A stretch of DNA of 64,000 nt. Origin: Chlorobiaceae bacterium (GTDB lineage: Bacteria; Bacteroidota; Chlorobiia; Chlorobiales; Chlorobiaceae). Below are positions 19,483-30,056 of the stretch, in pieces. The stretch is from positions 835-64,834 of the forward strand of contig JAFGER010000017.1 of NCBI GenBank assembly GCA_016931495.1. Direction: 5' to 3'. The notes beneath the pieces were generated by a model. That model made no database searches, had not been told where the DNA came from, and worked only from the letters and a program-made list of their open reading frames with translations. Numbering within the stretch: position 1 is the stretch's first letter; each line of letters begins with the position of its first letter. The translations under genes were made by a program, and so were the position numbers.

Positions 19483-19569
19483 TTCAAGCAGCTGGTAAAA
19501 ATTCCCAAATTCTCTTTCGCTATCGTATCTTACGATGATGAGGGCATAATTTAGCAACTTTTCAACAAT

Positions 19570-19821
19570 ATGCAAGACCCGTTTTCAGATATGGGGAAAA
19601 TGCTCGTTTTTCTTGGAGCGTCCATCGCCGTTCTCGGACTGCTGATCATGCTCGTCCAGAAATCGGGCGGAAACGGATGGTTCGGCTGGTTCGGCAATCT
19701 CCCGCTCGACATCAACATCCGGAAGGAGAATTTCCGGTTCTATTTTCCCATCGGCAGCTCGATCGTGCTGTCGATCATCCTGAGCCTGGCTATCGGCCTC
19801 TTCGGCAAACTTTTCAGATAA
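19570..19821 (+). CDS. DUF2905-like small membrane protein
   Basis: [31 protein letters not shown] motif. Confidence 0.8.
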   Translation: MQDPFSDMGKMLVFLGASIAVLGLLIMLVQKSGGNGWFGWFGNLPLDINIRKENFRFYFPIGSSIVLSIILSLAIGLFGKLFR

Positions 19822-19848
19822 TTTTTTTCCACGACAGATTCATCATCC

Positions 19849-20433
19849 ATGACCCAGCGCATCGCTTCACACTCCCGCAAAACCGCAGAAACCGACATTT
19901 CGGCCACGGTCAACCTCGACGGCACCGGCACCTCGTCGATCAGTACCGGCGTGGTCTTTCTCGATCACATGCTGACCAGCTTCAGCCGCCACTCGGGTAT
20001 CGATGTGCAGCTCAGTTGCAGCGGCGACCTCGATGTGGATGACCATCACACGGTGGAGGACGTCGCCCTGGTGCTCGGCAAGGCGATTGCGGACGCGCTG
20101 GGCGACAAGAAAGGCATCGAGCGGTACGGCTGGGCGATCATTCCGATGGACGAGGCGCTGGCTCGCTGCTCGGTCGATCTGGGTGGACGAAGCTACTGCG
20201 TTTTCAGTGCGGAGTTCCGGAGGCCGGTGATTCAGGGGCTTTCGACGGAAATGGTCGAACACTTCTTCATTTCGCTCTCCCGCACAATGAACGCCAATCT
20301 GCACCTGGCGATCCTTGAAGGGCACAATACGCACCACCTGATCGAGGCGCTCTTCAAGTCGCTGGCCTACGCGATGAAACAAGCGGTCAGAATCAGCGGC
20401 ACGCGGATTCCCTCAACCAAAGAGTCGCTGTGA
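19849..20433 (+). CDS. hisB: Imidazoleglycerol-phosphate dehydratase
   Basis: [44 protein letters not shown]. Confidence 0.97.
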   Translation: MTQRIASHSRKTAETDISATVNLDGTGTSSISTGVVFLDHMLTSFSRHSGIDVQLSCSGDLDVDDHHTVEDVALVLGKAIADALGDKKGIERYGWAIIPMDEALARCSVDLGGRSYCVFSAEFRRPVIQGLSTEMVEHFFISLSRTMNANLHLAILEGHNTHHLIEALFKSLAYAMKQAVRISGTRIPSTKESL

Positions 20434-20452
20434 AAAGCGAACGACGGTAACG

Positions 20453-20491
20453 AAAAAAGGCTGCCCGGAATTTTCCGTGGCAGCCTTTTTT
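20453..20491. terminator. Bidirectional intrinsic terminator (hisB / rny)
   Basis: AAAAAAGGCTGCC...GGCAGCCTTTTTT. Confidence 0.85.
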
Positions 20492-20505
20492 GATTTCTTC
20501 AATCA

Positions 20506-20532
20506 GTCAGATCGGCCTGAACGATCCGATCT
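20506..20532. repeat. 9-bp-period GTCAGATCG-type micro-array
   Basis: GTCAGATCG|GCCTGAACG|ATCCGATCT; resembles the 2676 array. Confidence 0.5.
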
Positions 20533-20534
20533 TC

Positions 20535-22109
20535 TTACTTTGCAAACGCGACCGAGCGTTTTTCGCGCAGAATGGTGACCTTGATCTGGCCGGGGTACTG
20601 CGCTTCGGATTCGATCTTGCTGGCGATGTCGTGGGCGAGCACATCGGCCTGCGAGTCGCTGACGTTGTCGCCTTCGACGATCACCCTTATTTCGCGGCCA
20701 GCCTGCAACGCATAGGTCTTGATGACGCCAGGGAATCCTTTGGCGATCTCTTCGAGGCTTTCAAGACGCTTGACGTTGCCTTCGGCGGTCACCGCTCCGC
20801 GGGCTCCGGGGCGCGAGAGCGAGATGACGTTGGCCGCATCGACCAGATCGGCAATGGGCGACTCTTTCTCGACCTCTCCATGATGAGCGGCGATGGCGTT
20901 GAGCACCACGGGCGACTCGTTGAATTTCCTGAGGAACTCCATGCCGGCCAGCGCGTGCGGCAATTCGGTTTCTGGCAGAACAAGGCCGATGTCGTGCAGC
21001 AGGCCGGCGCGTTTGGCCTGTTTTGCGTTAAGCTTCAGCTCGGCAGCCATAAGGCCAGCCAGCATGGCAACCTCACGGCTGTGCAGGAGAAGGTTCTGGC
21101 CATAGACGGTATGGAACTTCATCTTGCCGATCAGGGCGACCAGCTCTGCGGGCATGTCGGGAATCTGCAAAGAAGAAAGCGCCTCTTCGCCGGACGACAT
21201 GATGACGTCGTCAATCTCTTTTTTGGCGTCCTGATAAGCTTTTTCAATGGCGGCGGGATGGATGATGCCATCGACGAGCAGCTTCTGCAGGGTGAGTTTG
21301 GCCATTTCCCGGCGCAGCGGATCGAAGCAGGAGAGAATGACCACCTCCGGTGTATCATCGACGATGATGTCAACGCCCGTGGCGTTCTCGAAAGCCTTGA
21401 TGTTGCGGCCTTCGCGCCCGATGATGCGGCCCTTGAGTTCGTCGCTCTGGATGTGCACCACCGACAGGGCGCTTTCGGTAGCCTGCTCAAAGGAGATGCG
21501 CTGGATGGCGGTGAGCAGAATCTTTTCGGCAATGCGGTCGGCTTTCTGGGCAGCCTCTTCGTGAATCTGGTGCACCGTTTCGGTGGCCTCTTCCCTGGCT
21601 TTGGAGATCATGTTGTCGATAAGCATCTGGCGTGCCTCTTCGGCGGTCAGGTTCGAGATACTTTCGAGGCGCTGGTTCTGCTCGAAGATGATCTTTTCAA
21701 GCTCGGCCGAACGGCTCTGCACGGTTTCGGTCAGATGTCTGAGCTCAGCCTTCTGGTCCTGAAGCTTCTTTTCGGTGTCGCGAACCTCTTTCTGCTGGCT
21801 GTTGAGTGACGTCTCCTTCTGGCGAATCTGCTTCTGCATCTGGGCGAACTTGTTGTTCTTGATCGTCACTTCGCTATCAAATTCGCGCTTGCGCTTCTTC
21901 CACTCCTGGTTGACTTCGTTGACCTTCAGATCCTTGTATTCGTTGGCCTCTTTCTGGGCCTCCTGCACGACCTGCACGGCACGCTCTTCGGCTTCGAGAA
22001 CCTTGGTGGTGCCGATACGCTCAAGAAAGAACCGGCCGATGTAGAAACCGACCGCAAAAAAGATCACGGATGCAGCAATAATGAGAAACAGATTTATTAC
22101 GATCCCCAT
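20535..22109 (-). CDS. rny: Ribonuclease Y
   Basis: N-terminal TM, coiled coil, KH domain (KGRIIGREGRNI), HD domain (AGLLHDIG, AAHH), YALQAGREIRV. Confidence 0.96.
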   Translation of the reverse strand: MGIVINLFLIIAASVIFFAVGFYIGRFFLERIGTTKVLEAEERAVQVVQEAQKEANEYKDLKVNEVNQEWKKRKREFDSEVTIKNNKFAQMQKQIRQKETSLNSQQKEVRDTEKKLQDQKAELRHLTETVQSRSAELEKIIFEQNQRLESISNLTAEEARQMLIDNMISKAREEATETVHQIHEEAAQKADRIAEKILLTAIQRISFEQATESALSVVHIQSDELKGRIIGREGRNIKAFENATGVDIIVDDTPEVVILSCFDPLRREMAKLTLQKLLVDGIIHPAAIEKAYQDAKKEIDDVIMSSGEEALSSLQIPDMPAELVALIGKMKFHTVYGQNLLLHSREVAMLAGLMAAELKLNAKQAKRAGLLHDIGLVLPETELPHALAGMEFLRKFNESPVVLNAIAAHHGEVEKESPIADLVDAANVISLSRPGARGAVTAEGNVKRLESLEEIAKGFPGVIKTYALQAGREIRVIVEGDNVSDSQADVLAHDIASKIESEAQYPGQIKVTILREKRSVAFAK

Positions 22110-22167
22110 TCACAATCCTCCTTTTTCGACCGGCCAAAAATGGCCGATCCTTCAAAATTGAACAAAA

Positions 22168-22341
22168 AAAACCCGCACCTCCAGAGATGTGTAAGATTCA
22201 AGAACCCGTTCATCACGGTGGGCGCCTCCTTCAAATTTTTTGCTTCCAATGTGGCGCTCCTAAAAGCACCAGTGCCTGGGGCTCATCACCTTTTGGCATC
22301 AAGGCCTGCAATCAAAAAGAAGAGTTTGGGCTCCCTGTTCT
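22168..22341 (-). ncRNA. ssrS: 6S RNA (boundaries approximate)
   Basis: Sits between zapA and rny, the established 6S synteny. Long imperfect self-complementarity (GGAGCCC/GGGTTC, TGATG repeats, GGCGC) and U-tract end. Confidence 0.78.
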
Positions 22342-22416
22342 AAAGTGTTAGTTCTTTTACTTACAAAACACCTCTGGTTGCGGTGCGGATATTTCTTCTA
22401 CCTTCAATGTAATGCT

Positions 22417-22680
22417 TTAGTGCAAATTCTGCTCGATAAATTCATTCACCCGGGCCATTTTGTGCCTGAGCTGCGACAGCTCTTCCTCAAGTTCATTCTT
22501 TTTTTCAGCAAACTGGATCGCTGCCAGCACGGCCAGCTTTTTGGGCTCAAGATCGGGAGCTTTCGCCGCGAAACGCCGCATGACTCCATCGACCTCTCCG
22601 GCAGCCTTGCCGGTCAGTTCACTGTTCTCTACCCTCAGAGGATAGTTGTCGCCGTAAACATTGACATTTATCTTTTCCAT
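22417..22680 (-). CDS. zapA: Cell division protein ZapA
   Basis: INVNVYGDNYPL...KKLAVLAAIQFAE; pheT-zapB-like-zapA-6S-rny synteny. Confidence 0.85.
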   Translation of the reverse strand: MEKINVNVYGDNYPLRVENSELTGKAAGEVDGVMRRFAAKAPDLEPKKLAVLAAIQFAEKKNELEEELSQLRHKMARVNEFIEQNLH

Positions 22681-22685
22681 GGACC

Positions 22686-22991
22686 TCAAAATCCGGCTTT
22701 CTCACCCCTCAGTTCCCTTTCGATCTTCTGCAAAACAAGCACAAGCTTCTGCTTGATCTGAAGCATTCCGGCATAAGAGAGGCCGTCGCCGGCCAATCCC
22801 TGCACTTCGGCTGACGGGCCTTCGGTGCCCGGCAGCTTGAATGACCGCAATATGTTCTGGAGGCTTGAAACCTCTGCTTTCAACAACTCGTTCTCTTTCC
22901 TGCACTCCGTCAACTGCTCGACAAGCCTCGTGACGTTCTCTTCGAGACCGGCCAGCAGTTCATGGCCATTATGATCGTCTTTTGCATCCAT
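22686..22991 (-). CDS. Coiled-coil protein (ZapB-like)
   Basis: LEENVTRLVEQLTECRKENELLKAEV heptads; position upstream of zapA. Confidence 0.7.
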   Translation of the reverse strand: MDAKDDHNGHELLAGLEENVTRLVEQLTECRKENELLKAEVSSLQNILRSFKLPGTEGPSAEVQGLAGDGLSYAGMLQIKQKLVLVLQKIERELRGEKAGF

Positions 22992-23003
22992 GGCTGAAAT
23001 GGC

Positions 23004-25439
23004 TCAAACTTGCCTTATTTCCGCACCAAGTTCACTCCTGGCATTGTCACTCACTTTCTGAACAACGGTGTTGATGGTCTCCTCGTTCATCGTTCCCGTC
23101 CGGTCGGCAAGCTCAAGCGAAACCGCTACACTGCGGCGGACCTGGTCGCCATCCGCGCTTTTGCCACGGTCGAACACATCAAAGATGTGCGCCGATTTGA
23201 CCAGCGGATCGCTCTGTTTAGCCAGATCAACCAGCCGTTGTGCCGGAATATGGCGGGGAAGGGCGAATGAAAGGTCTCGTTCGACTACAGGAAACTTCGA
23301 CGGCGGTTCATAGACCACACCGGGCTCGAAACAGCGCTCCAGCACGGTAACATCGAGTTCAGCAAGAAACACCTCCTGATCGAGATCAAACGCATCGAGC
23401 ACCTCTTTACCGACCTGCTGAACCGTTCCGGCCTTCAGAACCTGGCCGCTGCCGTTTTCCGGCGATGTAATTTCAATGCCAATCGTGTTGGCATTATAAA
23501 TATTAAGTGCTGATTTATCAAGTAAATTCAGCTTCTCGAGCAACATCTCGACCGCGCCCCTGAGATCGTAAAAATCGACCGGTTCATCGGCCCGGGTCCA
23601 GTTTCGGGGCGAGCGGCGGCCGGTGATGAGCAGCGAGAGCAGTTCGCGTTCACGGTACGCCGCAAGCGGCCCCTCCCCGCTGCGCTCGCCTTCCGGCACC
23701 GTCTCGAATCCGTGCGCCACCTCGAACAGGCGAAGATCGCGGTTGCCGTGCCGGATGTTGTGGCCGACAATCCTGAGCAGCGAAGGCGCCAGGCTGGGAC
23801 GCAGCACCTCAAGCTCCTCGCTGATGGGGTTCAGCGCGCTGACCTGCCGGTCGCTGAAACAGCCCGCCTCGGTTTTTCTGATGAGCGGGTTGGTCAGCGC
23901 TTCCCTGAAGTTGAGGCCAATCATGATATTTCGCAGGTGATCGGGAAAATATTCCGGCACCTTGCGCAAGACCGGATAGCTCGACACCATCTTGGGCGAG
24001 GGTTCGAGGTTGTTGTAACCGTACAGACGCGCCACCTCTTCGATGAGGTCGATCTCCTGTTCGATATCCACGCGGAACGAAGGCACCGAGAAGGCGATCT
24101 GGTCAGCGTCGTCCGAAACCGCTCCCTGCGAAACGGCCTTGATGCAGATTTTTTCAAGCAGGCGCATCATTTCGGATGGCCTGATCGCGCTGCCGAGCAC
24201 GGCGTTGGCCCGCTTCGGACGGAGGTTGACGATTTTCGGCGTTGCAGGCATGCTGCCCCACGCCTCGGCGGACTCAACCTTTCCTCCCGCGATTTCGAGA
24301 ATCATGGCAATGGCGTATTCGGCTGCCCGCTTGACGTTGCACGGATCCACACCACGCTCGTAACGATACGATGAATCGGTGGAGAGCTGAAGCTGCTTGG
24401 CCGTCTTTCTGATCGAGGCGGGATTGAAATAGGCCGCTTCGAGCAGAATGTCGGTGGTCTTTCCGGTCACGGCAGAATAAAGCCCGCCCATGACGCCACC
24501 GATGGCTACCGGCTCCCTCGAATCGCAGATGGCCGCCATGCCCGGCTGCAACCGGTACTCCTCCTGGTTGAGCGCCATGAAGGAGCCTTCGGCGTCGCTG
24601 CGAACAATGATGCGGCTTCCGGCAAGCCTCTGGCAGTCGAAAGCGTGCAGCGGCTGGCCGAACGAATGGAGAATGTAGTTGGTGATATCGACGATGTTGT
24701 TCTTCGGACGCAGGCCGATCTGCTCAAGCCGGCGGGCAAGCCAGCGCGGAGACGGCCCGACACTGACGCCCCTGATGACGGTTGCCGAGTAGTAGGGACA
24801 GGCCTCCTCGTCCTGCACCTCCACCAGCCCGCCACCGCGGGTGAACTCGATCACCGGCGCCTGGGGATAGACGATCTCGTGGCAATCGGCCAGCTCGCGC
24901 GCCACGCCAAGATGCGAAAGCGCGTCGGAACGGTTCGGCGTCACCGCGATGTCGAGCACCGTGTCGGCTTCGAGATACCCGGCCAGCGGCCTGCCCACCT
25001 CGCACGCCTCGTCGAGCACCATCACACCGTCATGATCGCCGGACAGGCCAAGCTCGTCGGCCGCGCAGATCATGCCGGACGAGTGCTCGCCGCGAATCTT
25101 TGCCGGCTTGATGGTAAAGCTCTCGCCCGCCGCGGTCGTCAGAACAGTTCCGATCGTGGCTACCGGCACCATCATGCCGGCCTCGACGTTCGGCGCGCCG
25201 CAGACGATCTGCCGCAACTCCCCTTCGCCGGTATCAACCATGCAGATGCGCAAACGGTCTGCGTTCGGATGAGGCCGCACTTCGGCCACCCGGCCTACAA
25301 TCACCTTCTGGTCGGGCAGCGTCTGCTCGAACACCTCCTCGACCTCCAGACCGAGATAGGTCAGACGATCGACAAGTTCTGCTGTTTCGGAAGAAAACGA
25401 GGGAATGAACTCCTTGAGCCAGTTGACGGAGATTTTCAT
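23004..25439 (-). CDS. pheT: Phenylalanine--tRNA ligase beta subunit
   Basis: MKISVNWLKE, HPNADRL, IVCGAPNV, TPNRSDALSHLGVARE, SKFPVVERDLS; ATG at 25439. Confidence 0.97.
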   Translation of the reverse strand: MKISVNWLKEFIPSFSSETAELVDRLTYLGLEVEEVFEQTLPDQKVIVGRVAEVRPHPNADRLRICMVDTGEGELRQIVCGAPNVEAGMMVPVATIGTVLTTAAGESFTIKPAKIRGEHSSGMICAADELGLSGDHDGVMVLDEACEVGRPLAGYLEADTVLDIAVTPNRSDALSHLGVARELADCHEIVYPQAPVIEFTRGGGLVEVQDEEACPYYSATVIRGVSVGPSPRWLARRLEQIGLRPKNNIVDITNYILHSFGQPLHAFDCQRLAGSRIIVRSDAEGSFMALNQEEYRLQPGMAAICDSREPVAIGGVMGGLYSAVTGKTTDILLEAAYFNPASIRKTAKQLQLSTDSSYRYERGVDPCNVKRAAEYAIAMILEIAGGKVESAEAWGSMPATPKIVNLRPKRANAVLGSAIRPSEMMRLLEKICIKAVSQGAVSDDADQIAFSVPSFRVDIEQEIDLIEEVARLYGYNNLEPSPKMVSSYPVLRKVPEYFPDHLRNIMIGLNFREALTNPLIRKTEAGCFSDRQVSALNPISEELEVLRPSLAPSLLRIVGHNIRHGNRDLRLFEVAHGFETVPEGERSGEGPLAAYRERELLSLLITGRRSPRNWTRADEPVDFYDLRGAVEMLLEKLNLLDKSALNIYNANTIGIEITSPENGSGQVLKAGTVQQVGKEVLDAFDLDQEVFLAELDVTVLERCFEPGVVYEPPSKFPVVERDLSFALPRHIPAQRLVDLAKQSDPLVKSAHIFDVFDRGKSADGDQVRRSVAVSLELADRTGTMNEETINTVVQKVSDNARSELGAEIRQV

Positions 25440-25676
25440 GGGCGGGTATTCAGTGCGTTCATGAATGGAATCGTCTGAAACAGTGAAGGCGATGACCATT
25501 GGGCAGGCCGTCAAGGCCGAACCGTCAAATCACCGGACGGTGTTCAGAGATGCCCCAAAACCTAACAAAAAAAGCCCTGAACTTACAAGAGCGCAGAGCT
25601 TGGCAATCACGGTATTGTATCTTTTGTGCAATCGCGCCAAGCCTGCATCAAACAAGGGCTTCAGCGCGACTGTTTG

Positions 25677-25748
25677 TGACCCCAACGGGATTCGAACCCG
25701 TGCTACCACCTTGAAAGGGTGATGACCTAACCACTAGTCGATGGGGCC
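25677..25748 (-). tRNA. tRNA-Glu(TTC)
   Basis: GGCCCCATCGACTAGTGGTTAGGTCATCACCCTTTCAAGGTGG...GGTTCGAATCCC. Confidence 0.95.
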
Positions 25749-25797
25749 AAAAAATATTATTGTCCTGAAATCCGGACAGAACCTTCGTCAGACTCGG

Positions 25798-25872
25798 GGT
25801 GAATGAGGGGACTCGAACCCCCGACCTCCAGGGCCACAACCTGGCGCTCTAACCACCTGAGCTACAATCACC
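25798..25872 (-). tRNA. tRNA-His(GTG)
   Basis: GGTGATTGTAGCTCAGGTGGTTAGAGCGCCAGGTTGTGGCCCTGG...GGTTCGAGTCC; G-1/C73. Confidence 0.95.
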
Positions 25873-25905
25873 ATGTTACATACGAACTCAAAAAACATCC
25901 TCCTG

Positions 25906-25978
<73 letters not shown>

Positions 25979-26001
25979 ATAACACCTGTCGCTGCTCTCC
26001 C

Positions 26002-26077
26002 TGGTCGGGGCACCGAGACTCGAACTCGGGACCTCCTGCTCCCAAAGCAGGCACGCTACCAGCTGCGCCATGCCCCG
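26002..26077 (-). tRNA. tRNA-Pro(TGG)
   Basis: CGGGGCATGGCGCAGCTGGTAGCGTGCCTGCTTTGGGAGCAGG...AGTTCGAGTC...ACCA. Confidence 0.95.
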
Positions 26078-26185
26078 TCTGAACGGAAGGCTGGTAATAT
26101 ACGACAACAGGAGAAAATACCAAACGATTTTTTACGATTTGCAGCACTATTGCATGCAGGTTCGCGCGGGAGGTGATCAAGCGGT

Positions 26186-26629
26186 TCAGAAATCGAAACG
26201 CTCGGCAAAATAACTGGTTATGAGCGACTTGAGTTCATCGTGAACAATCATGTCGAGCGCTTCGGCGGGAGAAACCACGCGACGCTGACGAAGATGCATT
26301 TCATCCCAGCGCTCGAGCAGCGATTCAACTTCAAGCGGATAGACCTTGACCGAATACCTGCCTGACGGACGCCGGTAAACATAGGTGCCAATCGGTTCGG
26401 ACTCCACCTTGCCGACAATCCCCCCCTCTTCCCAGGCCTCCTTGGCGGCCGACTCTGCGGGCGACATCCCTTTCTCGACGTAGCCCTTGGGAATGATCCA
26501 GCGTCCGGAACTGCGCGTCGTAATCAGGACAATCATGTCCCCCGCGATGGGCAGGACGCCTGACTGCACTGCTATTTTTCCCGATCCGTTGGCCATGACT
26601 GCATTGATAAGAGGTGCCGTTTTCTGCAT
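26186..26629 (-). CDS. NUDIX hydrolase
   Basis: RWIIPKG...SAAKEAWEEGG Nudix box; true start may be ATG 26599. Confidence 0.88.
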   Translation of the reverse strand: MQKTAPLINAVMANGSGKIAVQSGVLPIAGDMIVLITTRSSGRWIIPKGYVEKGMSPAESAAKEAWEEGGIVGKVESEPIGTYVYRRPSGRYSVKVYPLEVESLLERWDEMHLRQRRVVSPAEALDMIVHDELKSLITSYFAERFDF

Positions 26630-27045
26630 AAACCGGTCATGCGGCCCGCTGTCATCCGAAACAGGATAAAGCGGGCAGGACGCTCAACCTGAGCGCAAGA
26701 TAAGGCATTGACCCTTTTTTTCATGACCAATTCACGATGTCGTCACATTGCAAAGCCTGAAGCAACGGCACAGCCAACTGAAGCCACGCCATGACGGCAA
26801 AGAGCTGCCCAACAGAAGCGGGCGCTCGTCGTTCATCAATGGAGCCGAACCGGATGGATTCTTCATTCCGCATTGCTCCGTTCAGCATGACAGCGCCGAC
26901 TCGGCCATCTCATGGCGACGTTCTCCGGCGGAACAATAACTGTATTTTCAGCGGCATTTACCAAGGGTCGCATTCGATAATTTCAAAAAATTGAAGTACG
27001 TTAAAACCATATATTCCTTTTGTTCAACACACATCACACCCCGAT

Positions 27046-28023
27046 ATGAAAGCCATCATTCCTGTTGCTGGAGTGGGCAGCCGGCTTCGCCCCCACACCT
27101 TTTCGCAGCCGAAAGTGCTGCTCAACGTTGCCGGAAAGCCGATTATCGATCACATCATGGACAAGCTCATCGATTCCGGCATCGACGAAGTGGTGGTCAT
27201 CGTCGGCCATCTCGGCGACAAGATCGAAAGGCATCTCGAATCACGCTATTCGATCAAGATGACTTTCGTGGCCCAAACCAGGCAGCTCGGACTGGCTCAT
27301 GCCGTCCACATGTGCCGGCCTTACATCTCGGATGACGAACCGGTATTCATCATTCTCGGCGACACCATTTTCGATGTCGATCTCATGCCGGTGCTCGAAA
27401 GCGACCGCTCGTCGCTCGGCGTCAGGGAGGTCGAGGATCCGAGACGCTTCGGTGTGGCGGTCACCGAAAACGGCCGGATCACCAGACTTGTCGAAAAGCC
27501 GGAACAACCGGTCAGCAATCTGGCCCTTGTCGGTCTTTACTTTCTTCAGAACGCCGGATTGCTGTTCAGCAGCATCGAGCATATCATTGAAAACAACATC
27601 ACCACCAAGGGCGAATTCCAGCTTACCGACGCCCTGCAACACATGATCGACCTCGGCGAGCCCTTCTCGACTTTTCCGGTGCAGGGCTGGTACGATTGCG
27701 GAAAACCCGACACCCTCCTCGAAACCAACGAGGTGCTGCTGCACAAATATCATCAGGAAAAGCCAAGGAAGGGCTGCATCATCAACCCGCCGGTTTTCAT
27801 CGCCGACAGCGCAACCGTTTCCAACGCCATCATCGGCCCGAACGTCACCATCGCCGAACATGCCGTCGTGTATGACGCCATTATCATGAACGCCATCATC
27901 GGAGAGAAGTCACAGGTGAACAATATCATGCTCGACCGTTCGATCGTGGGGAGCCACACGGTGGTCTCAAGCATGGGGCATCAGCTCAACATCGGCGACT
28001 ATTCGGAAATCCGGATGGGCTGA
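27046..28023 (+). CDS. Sugar-phosphate nucleotidyltransferase (glucose-1-P thymidylyltransferase-like, with LbH tail)
   Basis: AGVGSRLRPHT..PKVLL, GLAHAV, VEKP, GEFQLTDAL, WYDCGKPDTLL. Confidence 0.9.
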   Translation: MKAIIPVAGVGSRLRPHTFSQPKVLLNVAGKPIIDHIMDKLIDSGIDEVVVIVGHLGDKIERHLESRYSIKMTFVAQTRQLGLAHAVHMCRPYISDDEPVFIILGDTIFDVDLMPVLESDRSSLGVREVEDPRRFGVAVTENGRITRLVEKPEQPVSNLALVGLYFLQNAGLLFSSIEHIIENNITTKGEFQLTDALQHMIDLGEPFSTFPVQGWYDCGKPDTLLETNEVLLHKYHQEKPRKGCIINPPVFIADSATVSNAIIGPNVTIAEHAVVYDAIIMNAIIGEKSQVNNIMLDRSIVGSHTVVSSMGHQLNIGDYSEIRMG

Positions 28024-28060
28024 CAGCGCCGGAAGGGACCGCCGGACGGCGCTCTGGCGG

Positions 28061-28573
28061 TCAGCTCATGAAAAGATAGGGCTTCCAGTCGTCGGAAATC
28101 GAGAGGAAGTGCTGCCGCATCAGGGCAATGTGGCTTGGCCGCGCCGGTTTCTGCAGCATGGTCATGCCCGCTTCGGACGGAGTGCGGTTGCCCTTGATGG
28201 TGTTGCAGGATTTGCAGGCGGTGATCAGGTTGTCCCACCGGTCTTCGCCACCCCGCGACTTCGGAATGACGTGGTCAAGCGTGAGCGGCGCGTCGTTGCG
28301 TCCGCAATACTGGCAGCGAAAACCGTCGCGCCTGAAGATATTTTTTCGGCTCAGCACCGCGTGGCGGTACTCGACCCGCACATAAACCGTGAGGCGTACG
28401 ATGCTCGGCAGCGGAAAGCTGTCGCTGACCGTGCGGATCCGGTGCTCCGGATGGCTCGCCACCATCATGGCCTTGCCGCCGAAGAGCAGCAGCACGGCAT
28501 TCCGCGCATCGCAGATGCTCAGAGGCTCGTAGCTCGTGTTGAGCACCAGGACTTTGGTATTATGCAGTGACAT
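28061..28573 (-). CDS. HNH endonuclease (McrA-like, stand-alone)
   Basis: [54 protein letters not shown]. Confidence 0.92.
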   Translation of the reverse strand: MSLHNTKVLVLNTSYEPLSICDARNAVLLLFGGKAMMVASHPEHRIRTVSDSFPLPSIVRLTVYVRVEYRHAVLSRKNIFRRDGFRCQYCGRNDAPLTLDHVIPKSRGGEDRWDNLITACKSCNTIKGNRTPSEAGMTMLQKPARPSHIALMRQHFLSISDDWKPYLFMS

Positions 28574-28642
28574 GACCGATCATCTCCGGCTGATCATTGC
28601 GCCGCCCGATTGGCGGTCGTGAAGAGCGGTTTCGCGACGCCC

Positions 28643-29860
28643 TCACTGAACGGCTCCGGCCGAGCGGGGAACGGCAAGCTCCCGGCCATTGAGCGAATAG
28701 CTCCACCGCTCCTTCAGAACAAAACGGAGCTGCGGCGTTTTGCCCGTATCCGGCCGTCCAGAGCCTTGCGGCCAGGCGGCGTCGGACTTCCATCCTCCGT
28801 GATCGTCGGCGAAATACTCGACCGTCACCGTCGGCCCGTCGATGGAAAAGAGATAATACCCGACCGTATAAAGCTCCCGCGAAACCTGAACCTCCCGGCT
28901 TTTCTGGCCGCGCCATCCGCCGTCATCCGCCGGTCTGGGCGTGTAGAACTTGCTGCTGACCGAAGCCGCGATGAGCTGCTCGACCTGCGATTTGCCGTCA
29001 GGACTGGTGACGACAGAGCGCTTGTGCAGATGGTCGTGGCCGCAGATGAAAAGCCGGACGCCGTTGTGGTGCAGGCTCCCGAAAAAAGCGTTCTGCCACT
29101 CCGGATGCTCGTCGGCATACCCGCTGAAGAGCGTGTCCTGATGGTTCTCGCCGATAAGGGGCTGATGCGAAAAGACGAACGCGTGCGCCGTGCCGCGTGT
29201 CCGTCGGTCGAGCCGCTCGTCAATCCACGGCTGCTGATCGGCGATAGTGTAGCCGGAAGGGTAACGGGTGGAGTTCGGCACAACCCTGCCGGGCAACGGC
29301 CAGTTGTCGATCATGACGAAACGCACGCGCTCCTCGCCTTCGCCGCAGTCGAACGAATAACTCAGCCCGTCAAGCTCGCGACTGATCTGCACCGGGCTGC
29401 TGAAATTCGAGCCGATGCGGTAACGCCCGCCGTCGTGCCTCACAAAACCGCCGTCGCGAGTCTGGGGATAACGCTGCCGGAAGCCGGGCGCGCCATAGCC
29501 GTTCTCCGCGCTTCTGGCCTCGTGGTTTCCCCGGAATGCAAAAAAACCGATGCCTGCATCGATGAGCGGCTGGGCAGCCTCGACGCGAACCTCCTGGGAA
29601 AGCTCCCGGCCATCGTCGCTCAGATCGCCCACCTGGATGACGAACTTCACACCCGCATCGATGAACTGCCGGTTCACCTGCTCGATGATCGAAACCGGTA
29701 CGGTTGAAGGATTTTCTCCGAAAGGATCGGCCGCCGTCCACTGGGTATCGCCCATCACGCCGAACCTCCAGGGTTCCGCCCGGAGCGCCGCCGGCCCCGA
29801 AAGCAGCATGAAAAGCACGAGCAGCACACCGGTTGCTCTGAACGAACGGGCACGGTTCAT
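28643..29860 (-). CDS. Secreted calcineurin-like metallophosphoesterase
   Basis: Signal peptide, GDTQ, QVGDL, RGNHE, FSHQP, CGHDH motifs; start uncertain. Confidence 0.85.
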   Translation of the reverse strand: MNRARSFRATGVLLVLFMLLSGPAALRAEPWRFGVMGDTQWTAADPFGENPSTVPVSIIEQVNRQFIDAGVKFVIQVGDLSDDGRELSQEVRVEAAQPLIDAGIGFFAFRGNHEARSAENGYGAPGFRQRYPQTRDGGFVRHDGGRYRIGSNFSSPVQISRELDGLSYSFDCGEGEERVRFVMIDNWPLPGRVVPNSTRYPSGYTIADQQPWIDERLDRRTRGTAHAFVFSHQPLIGENHQDTLFSGYADEHPEWQNAFFGSLHHNGVRLFICGHDHLHKRSVVTSPDGKSQVEQLIAASVSSKFYTPRPADDGGWRGQKSREVQVSRELYTVGYYLFSIDGPTVTVEYFADDHGGWKSDAAWPQGSGRPDTGKTPQLRFVLKERWSYSLNGRELAVPRSAGAVQ

Positions 29861-30056
29861 AGCGCGATCACGGTTTAAATGAAGAGCAAGAAATGATTCC
29901 GGGAAAATAGAACATAGCGCCAAACCCTCCTTTCCCGGCATTGTAAACTTCATGATAACACTTCCATCCCCGTTCCGTCCAGGCCTTCCACTTTTCACCA
30001 CCCGCCAGCACAAAACTTTTGCATCGCATCAGGCGAATGCGTACATTTTGTGGTTG

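Noticed and set aside
19483-19575. N-terminal extension of SecG in the ORF track
   Set aside because: It overlaps the divergent gene start and promoter region; the SecG-like sequence begins at ATG 19482.
28061-28573. HNH protein as IscB/Cas9-like or a restriction/defence system
   Set aside because: Only 170 aa, no RuvC or PLMP motif, no adjacent ncRNA or methyltransferase; it matches the common stand-alone HNH type.
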